Source: Desulfatiglandales bacterium (lineage in GTDB: Bacteria; Desulfobacterota; DSM-4660; Desulfatiglandales; HGW-15). Taken from it: a DNA stretch of 64,000 bases. Of the stretch, positions 38,587-48,561 are shown in pieces; the first letter of the stretch is position 1; every line of letters begins with the position of its first letter. Both the position numbers and the translations under genes were made by a program. Below the pieces are notes generated by a model. It worked only from the letters and a program-made list of their open reading frames with translations. It was not told the DNA's origin and did no database searches. The stretch covers positions 1,728,001-1,792,000 of the forward strand of contig CAXXJJ010000004.1 in NCBI GenBank assembly GCA_963667015.2. The letters run 5' to 3'.

Positions 38587-39372
38587 ATGATTAGAAGCCT
38601 TTGGACAGCCGCTTCAGGCATGACAGCCCAGAAAATTAACATGGATGTAATTGCAAACAACCTGGCAAATGTAAATACAAGCGGATTCAAGAAAAGCCGT
38701 GCCGATTTCGAGGATCTTCTGTATCAGAACCTTAAATCACCAGGGGCAGATACAAGTTCGGGCGGACAGATACCTACCGGTATCCAGATAGGAATGGGTA
38801 CAAGATACAGCTCCATACAAAAGATATTTTCACAGGGGGATCCTGTTGAGACAGGTAACCAGCTTGACCTGGCGATTGCCGGAAACGGTTTTTTCAAGAT
38901 TGTTAATAATAACGGTGATGAGGTTTATACGCGCGCTGGTTCTTTTCAGATTGACTCTGACGGGTATATTGTAACCTCCCAGGGCGACAGGCTTCAGCCG
39001 GAGATCGCAATACCAACAGATTCGGTTAATTTTACCATTGACAGCAGCGGAGCCCTGGAGGCATTCGATGAAAGCGGTGAGACAACCGCTACTGCACAGT
39101 TAACCATAACTAACTTTATCAATCCTGCCGGTATGAGAAGCCTTGGAGGCAACTATTACAGTCCGACAGAGGCCTCAGGAGATCCTATAGAGGGCAACCC
39201 GGAAGTCGACGGGCTTGGCTCAATTCTTCAGGGTTCTCTTGAGATGTCAAATGTCGATGTTGTGGAGGAAATGGTTAATATGATAGCCGGTCAGCGTGCC
39301 TATGAGATATCGTCAAAGTCCATCAAGGCTGCTGATGAAATGATGCAGATGGCAAACAATATAAAGAGATAG
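38587..39372 (+). CDS. flgG: Flagellar distal rod protein FlgG
   Basis: MIRSLWTAASGM.AQ, FEDLLYQ, PTGIQIG.G, QRAYE..SK.I.AADEM. Confidence 0.98.
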   Translation: MIRSLWTAASGMTAQKINMDVIANNLANVNTSGFKKSRADFEDLLYQNLKSPGADTSSGGQIPTGIQIGMGTRYSSIQKIFSQGDPVETGNQLDLAIAGNGFFKIVNNNGDEVYTRAGSFQIDSDGYIVTSQGDRLQPEIAIPTDSVNFTIDSSGALEAFDESGETTATAQLTITNFINPAGMRSLGGNYYSPTEASGDPIEGNPEVDGLGSILQGSLEMSNVDVVEEMVNMIAGQRAYEISSKSIKAADEMMQMANNIKR

Positions 39373-39382
39373 GACTAAGATC

Positions 39383-40366
39383 ATGACCAGTCAAAAAAAA
39401 TCATTTGTCATAAATTTTATTATCCTGCTTGTTTTTCTGGCATGCTGCATGATGCCTTCAACAGTCTCGGCACTGGAAATAGAGGTGAAAGACAGGCTGA
39501 AAATTGACGGAGACATGGTTCATCTTGGAGACATTGCAATATTTCATCCGGCAAATGACAGCCGTGTAGAGGATTTAAAGGCAATCGAAATAACTTCATC
39601 CCCTGCTCCTGATGCATTCAGAAAAATCAACAGAGATTTTATAGTTTACAAGACAGCCAATTCGCTTAATGAACAGGATGATGTATCGTTAAAAGTTCCC
39701 GAAATTATAACAATAGAACGAACCGCCCAGGTTATAGGAGAAGAAACCCTGAAAGAGATATTCCGTGATTATATTATGGATAATGCACCGTGGGACAGGG
39801 ACCAGATTGTTGTTGATAAAATAAATGCTCCGCCATCGACTGCCCTTCCGGTAGGTGAGCTTGACTGGGAAGTTGAAGTAAAACAGAACAATAATTTTCT
39901 TGGCAATTTCTCCATAATGATCGACTTCAGGGTGGATGGTGATTCCAAGAGGAAGATAATTGTATCGGGGAAGATAAATGTCTTTAAAGAGGTTGTTAAG
40001 GCAGCAAGGACTATAAACAGGGGTGATATTATCTCTTCACAGGATATTACACTGGTTTCCGAAAAGGTTAAATATAACAGGAACAACCTGCTGACAGACA
40101 CGAAAGAGATAATCGGGAAAAGGGCAACCCGCAGGATACAGGCTGATCAGCCGATCCAGACAAGCATGTTCGAAGTGCCACCGGCTGTTGAAAAGGGAGA
40201 CAGGGTAATAATAAAGGCAGAAAGCAATCAGCTTTTAATAACCGCCTCAGGCAAAGCCCTGGAAGAAGGCTGCGTTGGAGACCAGATCAGGGTCATGAAC
40301 ATAAACAGCGGCAGGGAAATAGTAGCAACCGTCAGAAGGACTTCCCTTGTAGAGGTTCAGTTCTGA
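39383..40366 (+). CDS. flgA: P-ring formation chaperone FlgA
   Basis: Signal peptide; SAF/ChapFlgA domain (G.AL..G.VGDQIRV.N..SG). Confidence 0.94.
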   Translation: MTSQKKSFVINFIILLVFLACCMMPSTVSALEIEVKDRLKIDGDMVHLGDIAIFHPANDSRVEDLKAIEITSSPAPDAFRKINRDFIVYKTANSLNEQDDVSLKVPEIITIERTAQVIGEETLKEIFRDYIMDNAPWDRDQIVVDKINAPPSTALPVGELDWEVEVKQNNNFLGNFSIMIDFRVDGDSKRKIIVSGKINVFKEVVKAARTINRGDIISSQDITLVSEKVKYNRNNLLTDTKEIIGKRATRRIQADQPIQTSMFEVPPAVEKGDRVIIKAESNQLLITASGKALEEGCVGDQIRVMNINSGREIVATVRRTSLVEVQF

Positions 40367-40418
40367 TCACAGGTATCAGATTTAGAGAAAACCAAGATTA
40401 ATAATCCGGGAGCAGGCA

Positions 40419-41162
40419 ATGTTTAGAATAACACAAAAAATCGTAACAATAATCAGTCTTACAGTAATATCGGCATGTGCAGGAACGCAACCGCAGACGC
40501 AGAATGTTGCACCGGTCACAATGCCGGCCCTGCAGGTAAGGACCTTTGAAAAAGACCTTACTAAAAGAGATCCTGAGTCATTATCCGGTTTATATAATGA
40601 AATGAATTCAAGGGATATTTATCAGGATCTGCGTGCATTTAAAGTAGGAGATCTTGTTACGGTTAATATTGTTGAGACATCAAGCGCAAGCAAATCTGCC
40701 AGCACTCAGACAGGAAAGACCTCATCTGTCAATGCCGGAATTGATAATCTCCTGGGCTGGGAAGGAAGGTTAAAAAATCTGACTTCATTTGGTAAAAGTG
40801 ATGTCCGGAACGCCTATAACAATTCAAGCATGCTGGGTGGTTCTCTAGTAAACAGCTTCAACGGATCAGGCACCACTTCACGGGGAGACAGTATGACCGC
40901 ATCCATTACAGCAAGGGTGATTGATGTAAGACCAAACGGAAACCTGGTTATCCAGGGAACCAGACAGATAGTTGTTAACAGCGAAACACAGATAATTATT
41001 CTTTCAGGATTGATCAGGGCGTCAGATATATCACCGGATAATACAATACTGTCCAGCTATATTGGAGATGCAAAAATAGAATACCTTGGGACCGGAGCAA
41101 TAAGTGACAAACAGCGTCCCGGCTGGCTAACACGGGCAGTTGACCACGTATGGCCGTTCTAA
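40419..41162 (+). CDS. flgH: Flagellar L-ring protein FlgH
   Basis: Lipobox ISA-C; D.RA..VGD.VTV.I.E; V..V.PNGNL.I.G; PGWL.R. Confidence 0.97.
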   Translation: MFRITQKIVTIISLTVISACAGTQPQTQNVAPVTMPALQVRTFEKDLTKRDPESLSGLYNEMNSRDIYQDLRAFKVGDLVTVNIVETSSASKSASTQTGKTSSVNAGIDNLLGWEGRLKNLTSFGKSDVRNAYNNSSMLGGSLVNSFNGSGTTSRGDSMTASITARVIDVRPNGNLVIQGTRQIVVNSETQIIILSGLIRASDISPDNTILSSYIGDAKIEYLGTGAISDKQRPGWLTRAVDHVWPF

Positions 41163-41173
41163 TGGAGGGAAAA

Positions 41174-42298
41174 ATGAAATCGGTAAAAAAAATATATTCA
41201 AATGTCTTATTACTTACTGTACTCATATTGATAGGTTATGCAACATGCACCTCCGCTGCCAGGATAAAAGATATCGCATCCTTAAAGGGAGTAAGGAGCA
41301 ACCAGCTTGTTGGTTACGGACTTGTTATAGGACTTAACGGAACAGGTGACGGCCAGCAGACTCAGTTTACAACACAGTCACTTGTAAATATGATGGAACG
41401 ACTGGGCGGTATGCATTCGATAGCGGATCAGGTAAAGGTAGATAATATAGCTGGGGTTATTGTTACAGCAGAACTTCCACCCTTTGCCAGAAAGGGAACC
41501 ACTATTGATGTTCTCGTATCTTCCATAGGCGATGCGAAAAGTCTCCAGGGGGGAACACTGGTAATGACATCTCTTAAAGGTGTGGATAATAATATATATG
41601 CGTTAGCCCAGGGCCCCCTGCTTGTTGGAGGATTTGCTTCTTCAGGCGCCGCAGGTGGAGGTGTTTCAAAAAATCATCCGACTGTAGCTAGAATCCCTGG
41701 CGGGGCACTTGTTGAAAAAGAAGTTCCCTTTGAGCTGGAGACACTCGATACTATTACTATAGCACTTGATAAGCCTGATTTCACAACTGCCCTGAGGATC
41801 TCCCAGGCAATAAATAATGAGATGGGAATAATAAAAGCAAAACCTGTTGATGCTGGAACTATTACAATAGATATACCCCAGGCCTATGACGGCAGTCATG
41901 TTTCGCTGGTGGCTTCACTGGAGCAGATCCAGATTCAGCCTGATATGCAGGCAAAGATTGTACTCTCGGAAAGAACCGGTACGGTCATCATGGGTGAAAA
42001 AGTCATGATCTCACCGGTAGCCATTGCCCATGGAAACCTGAGTGTCGAGATCAAGGAAAACAAGGATGTAAGTCAGCCGGCACCTTTCTCCGATGGAGAT
42101 ACAGTTACAACTCCCGATACAGAAATCAATATTTCGGAAGAAAAAAATAAACTTCTGGTGGTATCGCCGGAAAAATCCGACCTTGGAAGCGTTGTAAAGG
42201 CACTTAATGCTATCGGGGTTTCACCAAGAGATCTTATAACTGTTTTCCAGGCAATAAAGGCCAGCGGTGCACTGCAGGCTGACCTTGAAATTATATAA
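41174..42298 (+). CDS. flgI: Flagellar P-ring protein FlgI
   Basis: RIKDIA...GVR.NQLVGYGLV.GL.GTGD; GDAKSLQGGTL; GALQADLEII; start set after GGAGG. Confidence 0.98.
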   Translation: MKSVKKIYSNVLLLTVLILIGYATCTSAARIKDIASLKGVRSNQLVGYGLVIGLNGTGDGQQTQFTTQSLVNMMERLGGMHSIADQVKVDNIAGVIVTAELPPFARKGTTIDVLVSSIGDAKSLQGGTLVMTSLKGVDNNIYALAQGPLLVGGFASSGAAGGGVSKNHPTVARIPGGALVEKEVPFELETLDTITIALDKPDFTTALRISQAINNEMGIIKAKPVDAGTITIDIPQAYDGSHVSLVASLEQIQIQPDMQAKIVLSERTGTVIMGEKVMISPVAIAHGNLSVEIKENKDVSQPAPFSDGDTVTTPDTEINISEEKNKLLVVSPEKSDLGSVVKALNAIGVSPRDLITVFQAIKASGALQADLEII

Positions 42299-42348
42299 AA
42301 GGAAAGACTGAGCCGGAGTCATAAAAAACATCAGGGAGAAACTCGTTA

Positions 42349-43062
42349 ATGAATGATATTCCAATAAAATCAGGCAACTCTCTACCGGTTAAGAACCCCG
42401 TAGAAGAAAGAGACAAAAAATTAAAAGAGGCCTGTAAACAATTTGAATCTGTATTTACCTATGAAATCCTGAAAACTATGAGAAACAGCATCCAGAAATG
42501 TGATCTATTCAGCGGCGGTCAGGCAGAAGAGGTATATCAATCAATGCTCGACCAGGAATTATCAAAAAATATGGCGGGAAAAGGGAGCAACAGTATTGCA
42601 GATATGCTTTATCAGCAGCTCAAGCATATTGATTATCTGAACGGAAATACCGATATTGAAAGCAACAATGATACCGGGCTTCCAGTCTGGCCAGCGGAGG
42701 GCAGAGTTACCTCTTCCTTTGGATTGAGAAAGGATCCCTTTACAGGAAACAAGAAATTTCATGAAGGAATTGATCTTGCGGCAAAAGAGGGCACAGATGT
42801 TAAGGCTGTAATGGCAGGAAGGGTCCAGATTACTGATGACCAGAAGGGATATGGAAAGGTAGTTGTCCTGGATCATGGCCATGGGTTTACAACACTGTAT
42901 GCCCATAACAGCGATATTACAGTCAAGACCGGTGACTGGGTAACAAAAGGATCAACAATAGCAAAAGTCGGTTCAACAGGAAGAAGTACCGGGTCGCATC
43001 TCCATTTTGAGGTGAGAAGAGATGGAAAAAAACTTGACCCGGAAATTTTTCTTAAAACCTGA
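42349..43062 (+). CDS. flgJ: FlgJ rod-binding domain fused to an M23 peptidase
   Basis: LKEAC.QFES.F...LK.MR and Y.SMLDQE (rod-binding); HEGID and HLH zinc motifs, STGRSTG.HLHFEVR (M23). Confidence 0.88.
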   Translation: MNDIPIKSGNSLPVKNPVEERDKKLKEACKQFESVFTYEILKTMRNSIQKCDLFSGGQAEEVYQSMLDQELSKNMAGKGSNSIADMLYQQLKHIDYLNGNTDIESNNDTGLPVWPAEGRVTSSFGLRKDPFTGNKKFHEGIDLAAKEGTDVKAVMAGRVQITDDQKGYGKVVVLDHGHGFTTLYAHNSDITVKTGDWVTKGSTIAKVGSTGRSTGSHLHFEVRRDGKKLDPEIFLKT

Positions 43063-43100
43063 TCAGGATGATATCGATAATAATTCGATATCATGAATAT

Positions 43101-43128
43101 TTCAGATTTTTAAGATTTTTACCGATAA
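43101..43128 (+). promoter_or_regulatory. Putative sigma28 promoter of flgN-flgK-flgL
   Basis: TTCAG-N15-ACCGATAA versus consensus TAAA-N15-GCCGATAA. Confidence 0.6.
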
Positions 43129-43145
43129 TAAAGGCAGGGAGCAAT

Positions 43146-43601
43146 ATGGAAAAAGACATTAATATATTAAAGGGCTTGTATCTAAAAAGAATATCACTAT
43201 ATGAAGACCTTCTTGGGTGCATAAAGAGGGAGAGTGATAACCTAATCAGCCAGAATATTAAAGGGATATGGTTTTCTCAGGATGAAAAGAATAAAATCCT
43301 GGAGGCCATAGAGGAAAACACAAGATGTTTTCCGGAAAGTTCCAGATCTAATCCTCTACCTGCAGATGTTTCGCGGCATGACAGGGATAGAATTATGCAG
43401 CTTAAAAGAAAACTTATGAATCTGAAACAGGAAATAAGCGTCAGGGTCAAAGAAAATATATCATTTGTCAATGAAACACTGGGTTTTATTAACGATATAT
43501 TTTCATCACTCGCCAAATCAGATAAAAAGCCGGATACATACAGTCGCAACCTTAAAAAGAGGAATGCGACATCCAACCTTATTTATCGTAATGAGGTCTA
43601 A
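43146..43601 (+). CDS. flgN: Flagellar export chaperone FlgN
   Basis: Helical protein with N...V...L..I and TY near the C-terminus; directly upstream of flgK; start set after GGGAG. Confidence 0.8.
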   Translation: MEKDINILKGLYLKRISLYEDLLGCIKRESDNLISQNIKGIWFSQDEKNKILEAIEENTRCFPESSRSNPLPADVSRHDRDRIMQLKRKLMNLKQEISVRVKENISFVNETLGFINDIFSSLAKSDKKPDTYSRNLKKRNATSNLIYRNEV

Positions 43602-43603
43602 AA

Positions 43604-45640
43604 ATGAGTGGAATCGGCCTGGTACTTAATATAGCGAAGGATGCCCTTTTAACACAGCAGTACGCAATGGATATTATTTCACATAACATTGCAAATGTGA
43701 GTACTGAAGGTTATTCAAGACAGGTTGCAACGATGGTGGTAAATGAGCCTGCCCCCTACGCCGGTCTGGTCTTCGGCCGCGGTGTAACGTTAACTGATAT
43801 TGAAAGCGTCACCAATGATTTCATAGAAAAGCGTCTTCAGAGTTCTACAAGTGATCTTTCAATGATGACTGAAAAAGAAACCTATATGAATATCCTGGAG
43901 ACTATATTTAACGAAAATTCAAAAAGCAGCACAAGCAGTCTGCTCGATGATTTCTGGAATGCATTGGATGACCTGAACAATAACCCATCAGGCGTAGCTG
44001 AAAGAACCATTCTTATAGAATACGGTTCGATTCTGTCCAAGAGTTTTCAGGAGACAAGTGATGACCTGTTAAAACTGAGGAAAGATCTGGATACTTCAAT
44101 CGACGCAGGGGTTGATAATGTAAACCAGATTGTCGATCAGATTGCAGGTTTAAATAGACAGATAATCCTTGTTAAGACAACAGGAACTCCCAATGATCTG
44201 ATAGATAAAAGAACTTCTCTGGTAAAACAACTGTCGACATACATGGATATAAACGCCTATGAATATGATGATGGCAGCCTTACCGTAGCGACCCCAAAAG
44301 GGTTTGTGCTGGTCAACAGGCAGGACTCATACCACCTTGACTTCAACGGGACTGATGTTATCTGGGAAAATAATTCCACTCCTATAACAGAAAATATAAC
44401 AGGCGGAAGGCTGGGAGCATGGCTGGATTTGAGGGATGAAACACTCCCTACATATATGTCCAACCTCGATGAACTTGCAAAATCAATAACATGGGAAATT
44501 AACAGTGCTCACAGTCAGGGTGTAGGACTGACAGGTTTTACCTCTCTCACAGGCAGTTATCAGGCCACGGATAGAAACGAAGTAATGGGGAATGTAGATT
44601 CCGGCCTTGACTTTTATGACAAGATAACAGATGGAAGCTTTAAGCTATGGCTATATGATGAAAACGGTGGTGTAGTCGGTGAGGCGACTCTACCTATAGA
44701 TGCGGATACAACGACCCTGGATAATCTATCCTCTGCAATTAACGGGTTGACTATCAACGGTGAAGATGCCTTTAACTCATCAATACAGGACGGTGCGTTG
44801 AGCCTTGAGATAGATCAGACAACTCATTCCGGTTATACATTTGCCTTTTCCGATGACAACAGCAACATACTTGCTACTCTTGGAATAAATTCATTTTTCA
44901 CATCATCCAATGCCAGGAATATGGGCATAAATGAGGGTATCCTTTCAGATGTGAACAATATCGCAGCAAGTAAGATAAACAATAATGTAGGTTATGCGAA
45001 AGGAGATTCTTCAAATACATCAACAGGAATTCTTACAACATCGGGGCCATATACAGGAACAGAAGATGGATCATTTGAAATAGAAATCACAGCAGGTGGA
45101 AATTTCATATGGAGAAAGGACAGCGGTGCCTGGTCTGCCGACACAGCCTTTATCTCCGGCAATACATATCCAATAGGAGCTGAAGGAGTTACGATAACCT
45201 TCAACGGAGCATTTTCAGCCGGAGACAACTATTCTATTGATGTAACACAATCATCTGACACGTATGGCGAATTTTCTCCCGGCGATAATTCAAATTCCCT
45301 TACTCTTTCAAACCTCCAGTATCAGAATGTAGCAGTAAAGCAGTGGGAGTATTCAAGAGAAGAGGGAACCAGGACGCTGGATATTACAAACTCTACTATA
45401 AGCGAATACCTGCATCAGATGGTTGGAGCAATAGGAATCGACAGCCAGAGTATCCAGCGGGAAAAAACCTACACCCAGACGATACAGGATCAGTTGAGCG
45501 CAACAAGGGATAATATATCAGGGGTTTCACTGGATGAAGAGATGGCTAACCTTATCAAGTACCAGCACGCCTATTCGGCAGCGGCTAAATTAATAACCAC
45601 CGCCCAGGAGATGCTTGACACAATTCTCCAGGCGGTATAA
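43604..45640 (+). CDS. flgK: Hook-associated protein FlgK
   Basis: HNIANV.TEGYSRQ; SGVSLDEEMANLIKYQHAY.AAAK. Confidence 0.97.
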   Translation: MSGIGLVLNIAKDALLTQQYAMDIISHNIANVSTEGYSRQVATMVVNEPAPYAGLVFGRGVTLTDIESVTNDFIEKRLQSSTSDLSMMTEKETYMNILETIFNENSKSSTSSLLDDFWNALDDLNNNPSGVAERTILIEYGSILSKSFQETSDDLLKLRKDLDTSIDAGVDNVNQIVDQIAGLNRQIILVKTTGTPNDLIDKRTSLVKQLSTYMDINAYEYDDGSLTVATPKGFVLVNRQDSYHLDFNGTDVIWENNSTPITENITGGRLGAWLDLRDETLPTYMSNLDELAKSITWEINSAHSQGVGLTGFTSLTGSYQATDRNEVMGNVDSGLDFYDKITDGSFKLWLYDENGGVVGEATLPIDADTTTLDNLSSAINGLTINGEDAFNSSIQDGALSLEIDQTTHSGYTFAFSDDNSNILATLGINSFFTSSNARNMGINEGILSDVNNIAASKINNNVGYAKGDSSNTSTGILTTSGPYTGTEDGSFEIEITAGGNFIWRKDSGAWSADTAFISGNTYPIGAEGVTITFNGAFSAGDNYSIDVTQSSDTYGEFSPGDNSNSLTLSNLQYQNVAVKQWEYSREEGTRTLDITNSTISEYLHQMVGAIGIDSQSIQREKTYTQTIQDQLSATRDNISGVSLDEEMANLIKYQHAYSAAAKLITTAQEMLDTILQAV

Positions 45641-45651
45641 CAGGATAAGAC

Positions 45652-46548
45652 ATGAGAGTAGCAAACAAAACTTTATATGATACAGCCCTGAGAAATCTTG
45701 GAAAAACTTCCACTGATATGGTTGAAGCAAATGAAGTTGTATCAACCTCAAAAAGGATTAATAATATTTCCGATGACCCAGTTGGGCTTGTGAGTGTACT
45801 TGATCTTAAATCGTCTATTTCCAATCTGAATCAGATGGAGAGGAACATCTCAATGGGAAAGTCATGGCTTAATGCCTCCGAATCGGCATTTACCCAGCTT
45901 AATGATATTATTACAGCTGCAAAGGAACTTACTGTGTCCATGGCAAGCGCAAATATCGGCTCATCGGAAAGATCAAACAATGCCAATCTTGTTCAGGGAT
46001 ACCTCGAAGAGGTAATCAGTCTTGCAAACAGTTCATCAGGAGGCAGATACCTGTTTGGGGGAACCAATACCGACACAATACCTTTCACCCTGGATGCAGC
46101 TGGATCGACGGTTACATATTCGGGAAACGATACAGCTTTTTCATTAAACATCGGTAAAGATACTGTTATAGCTGTGGGTCAGGATGGAAAAAATATTTTT
46201 GGTGGAAGCTGGGATAATTCAAATATCTTCAAGACATTTATCGATCTGAAAACGAGTCTGGAAAGTAATGATATAGAGGGCATTCAGAGTGCCATGTCAA
46301 ATCTTGACATCCACCTCAGAAGCGTAAACGGAAACATCTCAGAGATCGCAGGTAAAACCATAAGACTTGAAGTTAAAAGTAATATAGTTGCAGACCTTGA
46401 ATTAAGCAATACTGAAAGGATTTCTAATATTGAAGATGCGGATCTTGCCGAGGCAGTTATATCCCTTAAATCAAAAGAACTGGCTTATCAGGCAGCATTA
46501 TCTTCATCATCTAAAATAATGCAGATGAGCCTTGTAGATTATCTCTAG
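45652..46548 (+). CDS. flgL: Hook-associated protein FlgL
   Basis: KRIN.ISDDP; N....GRYLFGG; IEDAD.AEA...AYQAAL...MSLVDYL. Confidence 0.97.
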   Translation: MRVANKTLYDTALRNLGKTSTDMVEANEVVSTSKRINNISDDPVGLVSVLDLKSSISNLNQMERNISMGKSWLNASESAFTQLNDIITAAKELTVSMASANIGSSERSNNANLVQGYLEEVISLANSSSGGRYLFGGTNTDTIPFTLDAAGSTVTYSGNDTAFSLNIGKDTVIAVGQDGKNIFGGSWDNSNIFKTFIDLKTSLESNDIEGIQSAMSNLDIHLRSVNGNISEIAGKTIRLEVKSNIVADLELSNTERISNIEDADLAEAVISLKSKELAYQAALSSSSKIMQMSLVDYL

Positions 46549-46633
46549 TTGAACCTGACAAATGACAGTTAACCGGATTTTTATTCAACCAGCATTATCA
46601 TAAACAATAATCCTGGAGCCATGGAGGGTACCA

Positions 46634-46873
46634 GTGCTTGTATTAACAAGAAAAATAGATGAAAGCATTACAATCGGACATTCTATAACGATCTCTGTCC
46701 TTGAAGTTAAGGGGAATCAGGTAAAACTTGGAGTAAAAGCGCCAAAGAACGTACTTATTAACAGAACCGAAGTATATGAAAAAATAATGAGTGAAAATAT
46801 AAAAGCTTCAGAGGCGCCGACTGATCTGGATCAATTCCTGACCTCTATGGATTTTAATAAAGAAGGTAAATGA
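46634..46873 (+). CDS. csrA: Carbon storage regulator CsrA
   Basis: MLVLTRK..ESI.IG..I.I.VL.V.G.QVKLG..AP.....R.EVY. Confidence 0.96.
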   Translation: MLVLTRKIDESITIGHSITISVLEVKGNQVKLGVKAPKNVLINRTEVYEKIMSENIKASEAPTDLDQFLTSMDFNKEGK

Positions 46874-47304
46874 TGATATTAAAAACAACAAGATTTGGTG
46901 AAATAGAGATTGATGAAAGCCGGGTAATTAATTTTCCTGAAGGGTTAATAGGATTCCCGGAAGATAAAAAGTATATTGTGATGGAACACAAACCTGATTC
47001 GCCATTTATGTGGCTCCAGTCGCTTACATCTCCGGGTCTTGCATTTGTGATAATGAATCCGTTCCAGGTTTATCCTGCCTATCTGAAAGATATATCACCA
47101 GAAGAAGAAAAGGCCCTGAAACCCGGCAATAATGAAGAGGTCATGGTTTTTGCGATTGTAACAATCCCTAATGGCAGGGCCACAGAATCCACAGTAAACC
47201 TTATGGGCCCGGTTGTTATTGATTCTGAGGAAAGGAAAGGTAAACAGGTAATCCTGGCCAACTCCGGTTATAACCATCGTCATCCGTTGAATATAAAAAA
47301 ATGA
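46870..47304 (+). CDS. fliW: Flagellar assembly factor FliW
   Basis: [19 protein letters not shown]...P.LAF...NPF, TVNL.GP.VI. Confidence 0.96.
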   Translation: MMILKTTRFGEIEIDESRVINFPEGLIGFPEDKKYIVMEHKPDSPFMWLQSLTSPGLAFVIMNPFQVYPAYLKDISPEEEKALKPGNNEEVMVFAIVTIPNGRATESTVNLMGPVVIDSEERKGKQVILANSGYNHRHPLNIKK

Positions 47305-47505
47305 ACTAACTAGCCACAGGCAGCTGGGTATCGATCAGGGAGTAAACCGGTTTAATCGTCGCAAGTAAAGAGGTATTAGAACTTGCGCTTCGCAATAAAA
47401 TACATAGCAATTTCAACTTAAAATTAATTAATATCTGTACAATAAACTTGTAAATATCAACTTGATGTATTATATTATATGGCAATTTTCATCAAGGATT
47501 CATAA

Positions 47506-47736
47506 ATGAAAATCAATACAGATTTGGCGCTTATACCTGTTTATCAGGAAATCCAGCCTGTAGAGAATACATCAAGAAAAAATGTCATTGTTTCTGATAC
47601 GCAGGAGGAGAGACTTGTCCGCATATCACCATACTCCGGTTCAAAATTCAGGCGTATCGGGAGTATCTATGACAGGATGGGAGGAGAGAAGAACAAAACC
47701 GGGACGATTGGAGAAAACATCGATCTCTACGTCTGA
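47506..47736 (+). CDS. Small hypothetical protein ending GENIDLYV
   Basis: AAGGA SD; C-terminal G..ID..V motif. Confidence 0.6.
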   Translation: MKINTDLALIPVYQEIQPVENTSRKNVIVSDTQEERLVRISPYSGSKFRRIGSIYDRMGGEKNKTGTIGENIDLYV

Positions 47737-47747
47737 TGGCAATCCTG

Positions 47748-48464
47748 TCAATCGTCAAGCCCTCCCCTTTTCTTTAATATCCTTCGCTGGCAATAATAAA
47801 TAAATCTTTTTAATTTATCCTCTTCCTTTTTATCAATCTCAATAAATTTAAGTCCGTAGTTGGATCTGTCGCTATCATCTATTTTTTCAATCCTGACAAT
47901 CTCAATTGAATGTATATATATTTTTACTGAAATGTCCTGCTGTTTAGAGGACAAAACCAGACCTTTAAGTCTGTTTCCCTTAAATAGAATCCCGCTCTTG
48001 TGATATACGGTCTTAAGACTGACAAGAAGCCCGCCTGCGCTGACATTCATAACATCAAATTCATACTGGTCATTACTATTTGAGTAAATCAAGCGGCAGC
48101 CTGAAGGAACAGGTATCCTGAAGGTTTTTCTTCTCTGAGATCTTTCAATGAATTCAGGAAAATCAAACTTTATTCTTTTTCCGAAGATGCTATGAACGGT
48201 AGTTTTAAAACTGTGTTTTATCTTGTCTTCATCGCTGAATTCAAAATAGCATTTTTTTCCAACTGAAAGTGGTACAGGAGAATTTCCCCCACCCGGGTAG
48301 TCAATAAAAAAACGAGGCTGTTCGCCATCAGATACTCCCAGTATTATGGTAAGACCTTCAAAATCAGTACCCATTACATGTATATTCAGGATAACATGAT
48401 TGTTTTTTAACTGTTTAAGGATTTCAAATATCTTTTTACCACTGATCTTTTCAGAATCATCCAT
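47748..48464 (-). CDS. YcgR-like PilZ-domain flagellar brake protein
   Basis: QRRKTFR (RxxxR) and NVSAGG (D/NxSxxG) c-di-GMP-binding motifs after an N-terminal beta domain. Confidence 0.88.
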   Translation of the reverse strand: MDDSEKISGKKIFEILKQLKNNHVILNIHVMGTDFEGLTIILGVSDGEQPRFFIDYPGGGNSPVPLSVGKKCYFEFSDEDKIKHSFKTTVHSIFGKRIKFDFPEFIERSQRRKTFRIPVPSGCRLIYSNSNDQYEFDVMNVSAGGLLVSLKTVYHKSGILFKGNRLKGLVLSSKQQDISVKIYIHSIEIVRIEKIDDSDRSNYGLKFIEIDKKEEDKLKRFIYYCQRRILKKRGGLDD

Positions 48465-48517
48465 AATTAAATATTCCTTAAATCTGACGAATAATTCACC
48501 TTATAATCATTATCCGA

Positions 48518-48533
48518 TGCAATACCCATGCCC
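48518..48533 (-). promoter_or_regulatory. Putative sigma54 promoter of the PilZ brake gene
   Basis: Minus strand GGGCAT-GGGTA-TTGCA (GG-N10-GC). Confidence 0.55.
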
Positions 48534-48561
48534 TTCTTAACAGTATGTATCCGGTCACGTG

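Noticed and set aside
43068..43145. N-terminal extension of FlgN given by the ORF track
   Set aside because: It overlaps the sigma28-like promoter, and a GGGAG SD supports the ATG at 43146.
47310..47395. Hairpins after fliW (CGCAAGT...ACTTGCG and a TAAACCGGTTTA palindrome) as a riboswitch or terminator
   Set aside because: No U-tract and no match to an RNA family I can recognise.
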